From: Nageia nagi
Lineage: Eukaryota > Plantae > Pinophyta
Direction of reading: 5' to 3'
Length of the DNA stretch: 64,000 bases
NCBI GenBank assembly: GCA_050084985.1
Contig: JBITNC010000001.1
Span: 88,846,001 to 88,910,000, forward strand
Below the pieces are notes generated by a model. That model was not told the origin of the DNA. It saw nothing but the letters and a program-made list of their open reading frames with translations, and made no database searches. This document shows, in pieces, positions 1 to 14,000 of this stretch (position 1 is the stretch's first letter; the number at the start of each line of letters is the position of its first letter). The position numbers were made by a program, and so were the translations under genes.

Positions 1-1720
1 AATCAATCCATCTTTATTAGTCAAAACTATGGGTACCAGTTGGCTCTATCTTAAGGTCTTAGTCTTTTAGCTAGGCTTAGATCATATTTTATTAGTAGTC
101 TCGACCTTGTAACTAGGTGGTAGTTATCCTTTGTTAGCATTTTTGAACTTGGGTTATAATTATATTATTTTATTTTTATCATTCATATACTTTATTTTTA
201 AATTCTCTAGGTGCTGTTGTGATTAGTTGGCCAACTATTTGACCAGTCCACTAGTTGGTACTACTAACCAGTCTAAAGTGTACCAGTTAGGATTAGATCT
301 TATACAACATGTATTGTACATGTCAAAAGCTTAAAGCAAGAGCCCCTTAGGCTTATATCTCACTTTTGTCATGCTTTAGATCAAATTTTCTTATTGTTTA
401 CATCCTAAGATTGTTTATTTACTTATTTTTCTCTTTTGCATTTGTGAAAGGAAAAATTTCATCCTTGGATGGGAGTGCCTTATCATATCTTATGAAGGGT
501 TTAATTTGTAGTCTTGCATCCATATAGTTTCATATAATTGATCAAGTAAACTTACATCTTTAATCACATGAGCGTAGGATTTTGCCAAGCACATGGATTT
601 CACCACCATGGTGTCATCCACTCTTGGAGGTCAATGCTAAGGTAGAGTACTTGAGTTGAGCCCTTAAACATCTTATCCCCCTAGATATTGAGCCTTTTCC
701 TAAAAATACTTAACTACATCAATCCTTAGGAAAACTAATTAGAATGTCAATTTACCATAAAATCAATCATCATTAATCAAGATAATAGCCAAATTGAATA
801 AGAAGTAATTAGACCAAGATTATCACCACTACTATCTTAATCATCATCACATCTTAATCATATAGTCATTGTTATCATCATATAGAGTATTTGTGAATTA
901 ACTTTGCATCCACTAAATCAAGAGCATAACAAAACTTTAAGCTTGGTGTTTATCTACTTATTTTATTTGGCACCTTTGGGACATTTAGATTAGCAACAAT
1001 GTTGTTCTTTCCATTTGCTCATTTCTTTTTAAGATTAATTATTCCTTGAAAATTTGATAGGGAGCCTTATGTTAACATGGTAGCTACCCCTAGGTCAAAC
1101 CAATTAGATCAAGAGTAATATCAAGATCAATAACCACATTATCAACCCCTTCCTTCTAGGCCAATCACCCCTCAATCTCACATTTCAACCCCTTATTATC
1201 ATTATCATCCTTCTCATCATTCTTCTCCTCACCTAGCCACTATGCCTCTTGATTCTTAATTGGCTAGTGAAATCAAGTCTCATCCCATGTTTCAAAACCT
1301 TCCTTAAGCTGTCAAAAATCAATTTGTTGATAATCATGTTGTTTAAGAGACCTTGGTACCTCTTTTTGAGTAATTTAACATTGAATAACATTGTAATCAA
1401 AGCATTCCCCCTTCTCATATTTAAAATGTGATTTATCATTATGACCCTTCTATCATGATCCTCAACCTTCTTTTTTCAACACTTTACCACTTGTTGCAAC
1501 AACCCAAATCACATCTTAACCTTAGCAACAAATGGTCTCATGAAGATCCATAACCACATCCTTACCATCAAATGTTCCTCCTTTTATATCAAGTTCACAA
1601 ACATCAACCTAATCATGGATCAACATCTCATCATCATATTCAACAAGCTAGACCTCTTAATCCACCAAAACCTTCTTGTCATGTAATTAAATCCTTTCAT
1701 ATCACTCAAGGAAACTTGCG
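1..1720. mobile_element. Heavily decayed LTR-retrotransposon-like remnant (possible LTR 3' end at ~998, then Pro/His/Gln-rich gag-like debris)
   Basis: CpG-free, stop-riddled sequence. LTR-end-like ...GGGACATTTAGATTAGCAACA at 977-998. No domain recognisable with certainty. Confidence 0.3.
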
Positions 1721-1954
1721 TCTCATGGTTTAGGGATGCATCATAATCTCCCTCCCTTGAGAGTCCCACATCATAATCTCATACAAATGCTCTACTCTCT
1801 ATCTTTGTCTGCAGCATAAACGACCCAGAGCTCTAAAGCAGAATTCACAGCAAGCTAATGATAATTAGCATTACCACCCTACTTAACAAGCAGAATTGAG
1901 CTCACAACGCAGGACAGAGTATAATTGAGGCAGTAGCTGGTAAAAGAGACTTTG

Positions 1955-2078
1955 ATGGATACCCACTTCTATTACAACAAAAATATGCATGAAGGTGGTG
2001 AAATTCAAGATCAAGAGCAGGCCACCTCCATGGAAGATCGAACCCTCCCTCTCCTTCACGACTCAAAGATCGATCAAG
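1955..2078 (+). CDS. CNOT9-like exon 1 ([15 protein letters not shown]...KIDQ)
   Basis: ATG at 1955 (in-frame ATGs at 1985 and 2030); donor CAAG|GTCTAT in phase 1, matching exon 2. No family homology in this part. Confidence 0.6.
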
Positions 2079-5000
2079 GTCTATTTCTTTAATTCATGAT
2101 TGTCTCCATACAGTTGCATAATTGTTTTCTTACATAATCTGGTTCTTCTATGGTAAGTCTTACGATAAGTATATGTGGAATGAGGAATTCTTGATTGAGG
2201 TGGTAAAATGTGCAGAAATTCACGAGGCCAAAGTGAAGAAGAGGGGAGGGCGTAAGCATAAAGTCCAGTGGCTGAAAAGGCCGATGGCCATATCAGACAT
2301 CATTCTGGAGTTCTATGAAGATGGATTACGAGAAAATGCCCTCAGATGCCTCAGCACTCATCTCAATGAGGTTTGTTTCTTCAATTTCACATGTCATCCC
2401 TTTATTCTTGTCATTTAATCAGTCCAAAGCATGCCTATTTTGAACCCAATTTTCTTGAATTAGGCCAGAACATGGCATTTTATGTATAAACGTCGTACCC
2501 AATGGCCCAAAATGGTGCATTAATGGTTAGCTAGATGGTAGGTCCCATACTGATCTGAATGTTGGAGAGACGCAAAAAATTTTGCAGCCCAAGATAAAGA
2601 TAGTATAGGATATCCCAAAAATAGAAAAAAAAAAATTAGGTGCGGTTTATGGCTCAAGCATCAAATGGATGTGCATTAGGAAACCCAAAGAACTAAGGGA
2701 AAACACAAGGGTTACAGTGGGTCAGGTGATCATGCCTGCACAGCTGTTGCCATTTACTCCTAAACCAAAAGGATTCACCTCAGACTTGCAAACAGCCAAG
2801 CCTAATAGTATTGCCACTGAATACCCATCAAGAGGATTTACACTAAACCCTGACATTTAAGGTTTCTTGAAGGTGGCTCTGACGGCTCAGATTACCTCTT
2901 CACTACCTCCTAAGCCACAGCGCCTGTAGGAATCTTAACCAATTGGGATCATTCCAAAAATTTGAATCCTCTCAAGTAGTTGAACAAGATTAGTATTCAA
3001 GGCTACTTCAAATTTGGGTTCGAAGAACAGGCAACCTTCCTCAAGTTCTTTCAAATTCTATATAGCTCTTCAGCCAAAGAACTAGACCTTGATAAGTGGT
3101 GAAATGCAAATGATCAGAGCTTAGAGATACTGGGTTTGTAAAGGCATTGATAAATTGATTGTACATATAGAATGAAGCGGCCAAATACAGCTCCAACTGT
3201 ATTCCTTCGTATGGTTGTACAAGGTCAAGCTGTTTTCCTTAAATGTCTTTGCATAGGAAGAGCAAGGATGAGCTATGCGAGTGCAATCCTAATCCATGAT
3301 TTTGATAACAAAAGCATTTGGAAAGAGTATTATTCTGTAATTCTGTTGTTTACCAGAAAATCAAAATTATGGAAAGAGAAATTACAGAGATGTTCTCATC
3401 CTTAGTTGAACTTAATGCATTTCTAGAAATCAAAATTTCACGTAATTTACACATTATTAGATATTACTTAACCATAAAGCGTTGTTTTTTCAAAAAGAAG
3501 CCCTTAATTAGAGCCATGTTTTACCAATACTATCATTGTAGAGGGGTTTTTCTCTTCTTATTATATTTTAACAATATTTATTACCTTGCAGAAGAGAGAG
3601 CAAGAGCCTGAGAAGTATAGCAAGGCAGGTTTCTTTGTTTTTCATGCATGTGGTAGCATGGCTATTTTATTACAGGTACCAATCATTCAAAATCTTCATG
3701 AAGAAGGCTATAGGAGATATGACGTCCTTGTATTTGGGGACTGGTCTAAGACTTTTATTCTAATTTTTTTTTTGCAGGAAGTACTGAATGCATATGATAA
3801 AATCTTCACAGGTAATATGAACTTAAGAGCTTCAAAAAGGCTATCAAATGTCTTGACATTATTTCAGGTAACATTGTCTGTTATTGTACACTTCAAACCG
3901 GCTCTCTATGGAAAATCTGAGAAAGAAAACGTGTATTTACACATTTATATGCTTTGCTCTTTTTCAGTTTTGTGTTACATCACCCCATGCCTTCTTTTAT
4001 CACCCAGCTTGGAACTTTTACAAGGCATTGAACTGTTGCCTTGGTATGTTCCTACAATAAAAATACTACATAGATTCTAATGCTATTTGGGCCAGTGGTG
4101 GGTGTCTTTCCTTTGTAAGCTATGGAAACAGACCTGCTAAGAGAGATGTAGTATTCTGTGGAAAAGATTAATGTTGCAGAGGAAACAGATTAACAATACG
4201 AACAAAATAATCATGCAATAGATAATTGACAATAAGTAAGTAGAGGAAGACATATTACTCAAAATGACATTAAAGAAATATGCACTTCACTATAAATATC
4301 ACAGGTCTCTTCGAGAGGGCAACCTTCTCTAGGAACAAGCTCAATAAAATTCTCCAAACTAAGCTTTTTTGTATGCTTGCATGCCCTTTTATAACATTAC
4401 ATATTCGTTCACACATGCTTTTTCCCTATATTCTTTACATCTTGCATATTTTCTTATATCTAATTGTAACACCTACATTCTTAAACAGTATTTTGTTACA
4501 CTTGTCTTTTATTCCCTTACACCTAATCTCTATTACTAATGTTACATAACTCATAAAGAGATGGGTATGTAACATGCCACCCCCCTTAGAAAATCTTTGA
4601 ACTCAAAACTTGAAGTTTGGAAACTATTGTTGGATGATGTCAATTGGTTCCCAAGTATCTTCTGGTTGTAGCCTTTGCCATTGAACAACAACTTCTTTGA
4701 TTGTACAAGAATAAGGTTGGCGGCTTCTCTAGTTGATGATGGCCACAAGTTGAAGTAAGATACATCTTTCCTCATCCAATTCAACAAGTGTTGTTTGTGA
4801 TAGGATAATGTTGCCAAGCACACTTTTAAGATAGGATACATCGAATATTGGCCGTATTTTGGAAGTGCGGGGAAACTCCAATTTGTATTCAATCGGGCTG
4901 ATTTTCTTTGGAACCTGATAAGGCCCATGGAACTTAAAGGGCGTTTTTGATGAACCTTCAACTTCAATGAGTTTTTCTTGTAAGGTTGGAGTCTAAGGAA

Positions 5001-8000
5001 AACCATGTCTTCTACTGCAAATTGGTGTTTAGACTTGTGTTGGTTTGCTTGTTGTTTCATCCTGTTTTGAGTTGCAACTAAGTTTTTCTTGAGGGTCCTG
5101 AGTAGCTCCTGTTGTTTTGTGTGAGCAGAATAAACAAAATCAAACCTAGAGCAACCTGGTAGGTATGAGACTAAGGATGGTGGTGGTTGTCTATGGCTTC
5201 ATATGGTGTCATTTTAGTGAAGAAGTGGTAGGATTTGTTGTACTTGTACCATCATTCTCCTAATGGGAGCCGCAAACTCCATTTAGATTGTTGTTTGGAT
5301 GCAAACATTTGAGGTACACTTTGAGATATTTGTTCACCACTTTTGTTTGTCCATCTGTTTGGGAGTGATATGAAAATTGAGCTTCAATTGGACCCCTCGT
5401 TGTTTGAAAAGCTCTTGTGAGAATGTGCTTTGTAAGGGTTTTATCACAATTATTAAAAATGGATTGAAGCATACCATGCAGCTTGAAGATTTGGTCTAAA
5501 ATAGGCATGCAACATTGGTGGCCATAAATGCATTGGCTAGTGTATAAAACTGAGCATACTTGGTGAGTTTGTGCATGACTACTAAAATTATTGACCTTCC
5601 TGATAAGGTTTGTAGCTCTTCTATGAAATCAATTGAAATATCTGGCCAAGGATTCGTCAGGATAGGAAGAGATTGTAGAAGACTTGAAGCTCATATTGTC
5701 TCACCCTTGTACGTTTGACATGTGTCATAGGTGTCCATGAAGTCCTTAATGGATTTCTTCATTACCTCTTAGAAGAAGTTCCTTTTGACCTGGATATAGG
5801 CATGGAGAAAATGTGAATTCCCTCCAATTGGTTTTGAGTGCGATTTATGAAGCATATGAGGTGGTATGTTTGTTTGGCACGAAATGACCAGGCGAGTCTT
5901 ATAGCATAATAATGCTTCTTGCCAGGAGTATTGATTATGCAATACAGGATCAACTTCAAGTTCTTGAGTAAGTTTGATGATGTTGAATTCATTTCATCAT
6001 TCCCCACAATGCAAGCCATTCTAGTAGAATAGTGCACAAAGGGTGCTTGTATCCTCAAGTATCCTAGAGAGAGCATCAACCACCAAATTTTCCTCACCTT
6101 TTTTGTAGGTGATCTCATAGTGATATCCCAAGATCTTGGTGACTTTTGTTGTTCTAGTAAAGAGATTTGTTGCTCCAAGAAGTTCTTTAAGTTTATACTA
6201 TGGTGATTCATCTTGATGTGGAAGTGCCTTTCAAATAGAGATGGTCTTCAATGTTGTACTACATGTATTGTGGCCAACATTTCCTTTTCATAAATGGATT
6301 TAGCCAAGTTTTTGCCACTCACGATCTTGCTGGTGTAGGCAATGCATCATCCTTCTTGCTTAAGTACTACTATGAATCCCACTCAACGCATTACTTTCAA
6401 TGGTGAATGTCTTCGTGAAGTCCGACATTGCTAATAGCAAGGTGGTACACATAGAACTTGACTTGTTCTTATGATAGAACTATTGCTTTTATCCATTGGA
6501 ATGAGTTCTTGTGTATCATAGCAGTGAGTGAGGCTATGATCTTCCCATAGCCTTTGACAATTTAGGGTAATACCATGTCAATTTGAGGAATTCCCACAAA
6601 TGCTTAAATTTGTTGGGTGTTGGCCAATTTATCATGGATTTGATCTTTTTGGATTGATATGAACATCCTCTTTCGAGGCAATGTGTCCCAAATTTTCCAC
6701 CTCAAAGATGTCAAATGCACATTTAGACCTCTTCGCAGACAATTGATGGTTTTGAAGCAATTGCAAGACCACTGTAGTGTGTTGAAGATGTTCTTCCCAA
6801 GATGTATTGTACATAATAATATCATCAAAGAACACCAACACAAACTTTTGAAGGTAGGACTTAAGTACTTGATTCATGAAACTTTTGAAGGTAGGACTTA
6901 AGTACTTGATTCATGAGGATTTGGAAAGTGAATGGTGCATTGAGAAAGTCAAATGACATGACAAGGAAAATCATCAATATTGGGATGGAAAATTTGTCTT
7001 CAATAGTGATTTTGTTTAGTTCACGAAAGTCCACACATAATCGTCAAGATCCTTCCTTCTTTTTTGACTAACAATATCAGGCCCAAGAAGAGGTTGACAC
7101 TGAGTTGAATGAACTCTATGTCCAACAACTCTTTTACCATTTTTTCAATTTCATTCTTCTATACCTGTTAGGGTGAATGTTTGAAGGGGAATTACTAGGG
7201 ATTAATGGGATCTTGCTATCGAGGAGGAGGTAATATTTTTGGGTGTTTGAAGATTGAATTGAATTCATCTTACACCTTCTTCCTACCCATGGATGTGTTA
7301 GATATTGTTGTTGCAGACAATTCCATGAGATAGAATTGTGCCACAACTCCATGATGGCCCTATTTGAGAAGCTTCTCCATTTGTTGTGAAGTTGCAATTT
7401 GTTTTGGTCTAGTTGATAAGCCTTACAACTTGTGGGTCTTGCCCAATACAGTGAATTCCATCCATAGTGCCAAAAATATAATGTAAGAGGTAATTATGTT
7501 GGTTGTTTGAAGATTGGACTGAATTCATCTAACACCTTCATCCTATCCATAGATGTGTTAACGATTGTTGTTACAGACAATTCTATGCAACATAATTGTG
7601 CCACAACTGCATGATGGTCCTATTTGAGAAACTTCTCCATTCAATGTGAAGTGATAATTTGTGTTGGTCTAGTTGGTAAGCCTTACAACTTGTGGGTTTT
7701 ACACTCTACAATGAATTCCATCCATAGTGCCAAAAAATCCCATAAAATTGGTCCTATTGTTTGTAGCTGTTGACATCCTAATACCACATCACAAACTTCT
7801 AACTGAAAGGCATACATGTTTGACTATAGTTTGAAATCACCAAGGGTCAAGTGAACATTTAGACATCTTCTAGTGCAAGGAAACTTTCCTCCATCAGCTA
7901 CCTTTACTTGAAAATTATCAATTTTATGCTAAGTAGTTGGCATGTTTGACCACCCTATTGTCAGTAAAGTTGTTAGTATTAACCAAGTCGAGCAATACCA

Positions 8001-11000
8001 TGACTTTGTACCCTTTTATGTATCCAATCACCTTCATGGTTCTAAAGGTTGCAACTTCTACTAAGGTATGAATAGAAAGGTTTCCCGAGAGATTCCAATG
8101 ATAACTTCTTATGATTCTTTTATCTCCTCTTTTAGTGCAACTATGGATGGTTGGGATTCCACATCTAAGAGATGGATCTTTTGCTCTTTGCATCTGTGAC
8201 CTATGGCATATTTCTCATCACAATTGTAGCAAAATTCCTTGGATTGGTAAGTTGCCATTTCATTTGACGTCAATCCTTTGACAAAAGGAGGTTTTAGAGT
8301 TGTCATTGAAGCGCTACCTAGAGATTGGTTTGGTTTGTTTGCAATAAGCAGATGGTTTGTTTTCCGCTACATGTTGCACTTTCCTTCAACAAGTTTTGTC
8401 AATCCCACAACTTACATCTATGTATTAGATTTGAACATCTAGATCTCAATCTTGATATTCCCCCTTAACCCACTAATAAAACAACTTTTGAAGAAAGTGC
8501 TTGGAAAATTGGCAGTTTTGTTTGCAATTTTCTCAAAGGCGGCAACATAATTGCCCCACCATACCATTTTGTCGTAACTTTGTCAATGTGCCCATAAATT
8601 CTTTAAACTCACCTGGACCAAAACATGTTAAGAGTAGTTAGGTAAATTGAATCCAATTGATCTCCCCTTGCATCTTTCTTAGCCATTGGTACCACTAATT
8701 TGCTTCATGATCTAGTTGAAATGCAGCTAGATAAAACCTTTTGGTTATTCAAGGTTTGATGAAGATCGAAAAATTGTTTTGATTTGATTAACCAGCTTTG
8801 AGAATAAGTGCCATCAGACCTTGAAGAGTTAATCTTTGGTAATTTTTCTATTTGGCCTGCAAAATTGACCCTAACAAACATTTCTTGTTCATTGGATTAT
8901 CTTGCAATGGTTTATCCATGATGGAGTCAAGCAACTTCAAAATATGGGTTGAATTGGCTTTCCTGGATTATAACTAAGGTCCTTTCTATAGCTTCAATAT
9001 TCTTGCATCAGTGGCCAAAATATCTTGTGTATTTTGGAACCTAGACATCATGGAAGCAACTATATCTTTTCATTTATGGCAATGACTTGTGACCATTGTT
9101 CTTCCATTTTTTTAGTATAGCATCCACCTTGGTAGTTTCTTTGGTTTTAGGAGCCGTTTTTTTCTTGCTTAAAAAAAAGTTATTGCGTATTATATCAAAA
9201 TGATTATCTTTTCAATAGTTTCTTAATGGGCTAGATCTCCTATAAGGCATTTTTGGGTCGTCAAGTGATCTATACCAAAATGATATTATCTTTTTGAGAG
9301 GATCAAAATTTATATTTCCAAAAAGTGATTTTTGACACTTTATACTTTGTTTTTAACTTTTTTGCTCTAAATAGGGATAGCAATAGGTTGGGGTGACTAG
9401 TAAGGCATGGAGTAGGAATTAATGAATAGTATTCAACACAAATAATTATGGGCACTAACCAAAGAGGAAAGGTTATTTTCTCTTGATTGCACTATCACCT
9501 TTTCTTATGTACGTGAGGGTGATATTCCTAGTGCATTGCAAAAATTACAAGGTTGACATCTTCTTATGGTGAGGTTTCAATTTAGCTCCTAAGGTGTGTC
9601 TCGATTTACATAGGGTACGTGGGAGCTCAAACCCTTGTACAAGTTTTGTCTAAAGCTTGGGTATTGGTGCATAGTTTTGAACACCTCACTTCACATGCAG
9701 TTTTATGGGCTAATGTGCTTAGCCAAGAAAGACATATCCTTCATGATATTTTTAAAACCCCTGATACAAGGTTTCTAGCTTGGTTATCTATGTGATAAAA
9801 ATAACAAAACAACTTTAAGGTTAAAACAAAATTAAATTTATATATGGGTTCAGGCCTTAGAAAGAACTTTAATAGCATTTTGTATGTTCTTGCAATAAAA
9901 CATAGGCCAAAATACCCTATAATTTACCATAATTACGAAAACACCCCTACTTTTTCAAAATTGCAAAAATACCCTTATCACCTTTTTATAAATATTAAAA
10001 TAAGAATTCCAAGTTGCAACTCATCTCCAACGAGGGTTCAAGGCGTCTTATTGCTCGGGTCAATCCGTGATGAGATAGAATCTACCATTCTTTCCTCCAA
10101 TGGCATCTCTTCTGAACCCAATGTTGAAGTCTGCAAGCCTCTTTCTATTGCTCTCCCAACTGGGGTCACACCACTAGTAGTCATCGATGGTATTCCGAAA
10201 TGACAAGGAATCTAGTTCTCGCCTTGTGTTGTTAACCCAACTCTCACTTCGTGTTGTTAATCCAAATCTTGCCTTGTGTTGTTAACCTAGCTCTCGCCTC
10301 ATGCTAAAAACCCATTATGTATGCTTGATGTTATACAAAATATGTGAGGATTCCAATTGACAATCCTCTATAGCTTGGCATTTTGAAATAACAATACAGA
10401 GCAATACAAAGCGATATAACACTGTGAACCCTCACCGAAGACGAGTTGCGATTTGGAATTCCTATTTTAATATTTTTAAAAAGATGACAAGGGCATTTTT
10501 GTAATTATTGAAAAAAGTAGGGGTATTTTCATAATTACGGTAAATTACAGGGGTATTTTGGTAATTTTCCCTAAAAAATATTATACACATAAATCCACAT
10601 TATTTAAGTTTGAGGTGGGTATATCTTATTTGCAAGGAGACACGGGACATGCCCTCCTACCTGAGGGACATGTTTCCCCATCCCTCTGGTCCCCGAAACG
10701 TGGGTACACTCAAGGGTATGTTTCTCCATTGTCCCCCTTTTGGGGGAAACGGTAGGGGTCGTCCCCGAGACGTCCCCGACATGGGAGTTATCCCCAATAA
10801 AATACATAAAAAGGGGACGACTAGGGATGGTTGGCCATCTATGGTTAGCTGTCCCCTTTTGCTTTACAACATCAAAATCATAATTTTATTTATGTATTTT
10901 TAATTTTAATTGTAATTTTAATATTTTAATTGTATAATTTGTATTCAAAATTTATAAATATAATTTAATTATATATAAAATGATAATTTTAAATTTTAAT

Positions 11001-14000
11001 TGTATTTCTAGAAAAATTATAAGTTAAAATTTTAAATTAAAAAGGACATGACTAAAATAATTAATTTCAATTAAAATTGAAAATTAAAAATACAAGTAAA
11101 ATACAGTTTTTTTTATAAAATTAAAAATATAAAAAAATATTAATTTCAAATAAAATTAAAAATACAATTTTTTTTATAAAATTAAAAATATAAATTATCA
11201 ACTTAGTTTCACTTGCCAATTAAAATATAATTTTTTTAAGAATATTTGAATATTATTACTTTGTTAACTTAGTTTCACTTTCAAATTTCAAGTTTCAGTA
11301 TTTTGAGTTCTCAAGTTTGTATTTTTAATTTTAATTTTAATTTTAATTTTTAATTTTACTATTGAATGTTTCATGAATGAATTCAATGATTCATTGAATC
11401 AATGAATTGATAATATGAATGTAGAACTAGAAACTATCTTTATTTCTAGAAATCTAAAATTTCTAGGAACTTATATTAGTTATATACTTGCCGTTTCCGA
11501 GCTATCCCTTAAAATTAGGTCCTCGTCCCCTACCATCCCTGGATATGCATTCCCCCATACCCGACCCATGTGTAACCTTGCTTTGTTGGAAGTTATCGAA
11601 ACAAACCTGCCAAGAGAGATGTCGTATTTTGTAGAAAAGATTAATGTTTACAAAGGAAATGAAATCAACATTATGAACAGAATAATCGTGCAATAGATAA
11701 TCGAAAGTAGGTAAGCAAAGGAAGATGTATTAATCAAACTGACATTAAGAAAATATGCATTTAGCTATAAATATTGCGAGTCTCTTCTAAGGAGCAACCT
11801 ACTTCTTGAGTAAACTCTATACAATTTTCCAAGCTAAGCTTTTCAAAATGCTTGCATGACCTTTTAATAATATTACTTATTCAGATATTCCTTCACACAT
11901 GCTTTTTACATATATTCCTTATATTGTATATGTTTTTTTACATCTATTTTTAACACCTATGTTCTTGCACATCATTCTGTTACATTTGTCTTTTATTCCT
12001 CTCTACCTAATCACTATTATTATTGTTACATACGAAAGGTGGGTGTATAAGATGCTTTAATTTTGAGTGTTTTTCCTATCATTGTTAAATTTTGTAAGTA
12101 TTGAACTGTTATCCTTCTTGCACTGTTTTTGGCATTTATTTATTGCATAGCCCTCCTGTGATTAATGCACCATACATTATGTTGTATTTATATTTGGTAT
12201 TCCAAATAGAGGGGCGTCAAGATATATCTTGGTGATTAAGTTACAATGTTTTTACGCAACAAAGCTATTAGTTTTATGAAGTTTATTATCAATTGTTGAA
12301 AAAAGACTGATTGTTTAGGAACATTCTTGTTGTGCAATGCGTTCAGTGTGTTGCTGCTAATGTCGAAACAAGAGGCGCATTTGTGAAAGGTAAAGACCTG
12401 GTTTGTGTAAATTTATATATTTCTCATCCCTCTGAAAATTATTTTGTTTCTGCTTTCACACAAAAGAAAAATGCAGAAATGGATATAGCTATGCACCTAT
12501 TGCTGAGAAGTCAGCTATATCACACTGTATTGTACTGAACTGTTACTACAAGAGTTCAAATTTCCACCAGAGAGAAGGAATCTAGGGTCTTGAGTAATCA
12601 TCATTCATCTAAGCTACATTTCTATAGAGATGCACATTTTTCTTGGATCCCATTTAGTGTTGTATGTCCTTGAAAATATATAAACAATCTCTCTTCCATC
12701 TACCCCTTCCTGTAACCAAGAATCATAAAATCCTTTTAGTTGATAAAATTTGTCAAATTCAAGCGCTATATCCATGGTTCTTGAACCCTGATTCTTGGAA
12801 AGTGTGGGCATTGAATTGAAGGAACAAATAAGAAAAAACACTACATGCCATATACATTTTGATTTTATAGATGTCTGTATATTTAGTTGAAACTGGTTTA
12901 TGTGGGATGTGGCGCATAATTTCCCTCCGATTATTGAACTAATTGTGAATTGCTTTGATCATGACAGCACATATTCCAAATTACTTGGTGCCCTTCATTT
13001 TATTTGAGAATACTGAGGAATGTTTTGAAAATGTCAGAGCTATCTCCCTTTCTGTCATTGGGATTGTTGTTCAGGTTCCATGCTCACAACCTATATCCTT
13101 ATACTACCATTTTATTGTGCTTGTGGTCTGAAATGCTATTTATAAAATGAACAATTTGTGCCTGACTATACAAATATTATTGAATGTAAAGTCTGGAGAG
13201 AATGAAGTTATTCAATGGGCTCTCAAGAACAACATTATTAATGTGTGTGTGAGTGTGATGGACATTGGAAGTGAGCTGTCCAAAGTGGTATGTTCATTTC
13301 TCAATGACTTAGCTTTTGCTGTTAATTATAGTCACTTAGTTTTTGTTTTGACCTCTTGATTGGATGATAATTGTTTTCTGGCAGATTGCTATGCATATTA
13401 TGGAATCAATTTTACGAAACAGTTTGGGAATCGTCCATGTTTGTGAACCACCCAGTCCTATGCTCGGTAAACTCATGGAAATTTACAAGCAAACTGTAAG
13501 TCATTCTACAACTAGGACACTTATTAATGGAATAAAAGTTATGTTTCCTTCCTATTGAATATTTGTTTGTTCTTATGGATATTTCTTTCGTAGGTTTTGG
13601 TCCTGGTTAGGGATGAAGAGTTTTCTCCTCGCCTTCTATTCCATGTTATCAGATGTTACATTTTACTATGTAAAAATTGCAGGTAATGGTCTTGAATTAG
13701 TGAGGCCTAGGGCTCAAACATTAACTATTTGTCTGTTCTGATTAAGCTTTAAAGCTTTATATATTGAAGTGACAGGCTAGGTTACAGGCAAGGACATACT
13801 CAACAGTCAACATAATTCAGTTGCCATTTTACCAATTCATTGAACCACATTGTTAATCTAGTTGTATACTGTGTTACCCTGTATTTCCAAGTGTATAACA
13901 GGAACATGTATAAGTAATTGGGAAACCTAATTGCTGTTAGACACTAATTTGGGAGTATATTTGTGTATCAGGGCTCTGGAATTACTTAAGGAAAATCTTC

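Larger units (their letters stand above)
3973..12052 (-). mobile_element. Decayed Ty3/gypsy chromovirus (compact, Reina-like) in intron 4, antisense to the gene
   Basis: Minus-strand order: gag (~9110-8300), protease ([13 protein letters not shown], ~8000), RT ([11 protein letters not shown], ~6830), RNase H, integrase ([14 protein letters not shown], ~5350), chromodomain ([17 protein letters not shown], ~4650-4700), then PPT AAGGGGGGTGGCA and the LTR. The two LTRs are ~75-80% alike by eye. Outer boundaries approximate; no TSD found. Confidence 0.85.
9280..12052 (-). repeat. 5' LTR of the chromovirus, split by nested insertions
   Basis: Pieces homologous to 4045-4574. Degenerate tRNA-Met PBS at 9267-9277 (plus strand GATCTATACCA, cf. 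GCTCTGATACCA). 9290-9870 has no counterpart in the other LTR. Confidence 0.6.

Noticed and set aside
3586-4080. 164-aa ORF as a single exon
   Set aside because: It reads through the 102-nt, stop-free intron 3. Family homology (LLQ|E) and strong splice sites support splicing; in-frame retention is possible but unsupported.
4109-12057. TCCTT/TGCTT as the chromovirus TSD with the LTR starting at 4114
   Set aside because: LTR-LTR homology extends upstream of 4114, so the match is coincidental.
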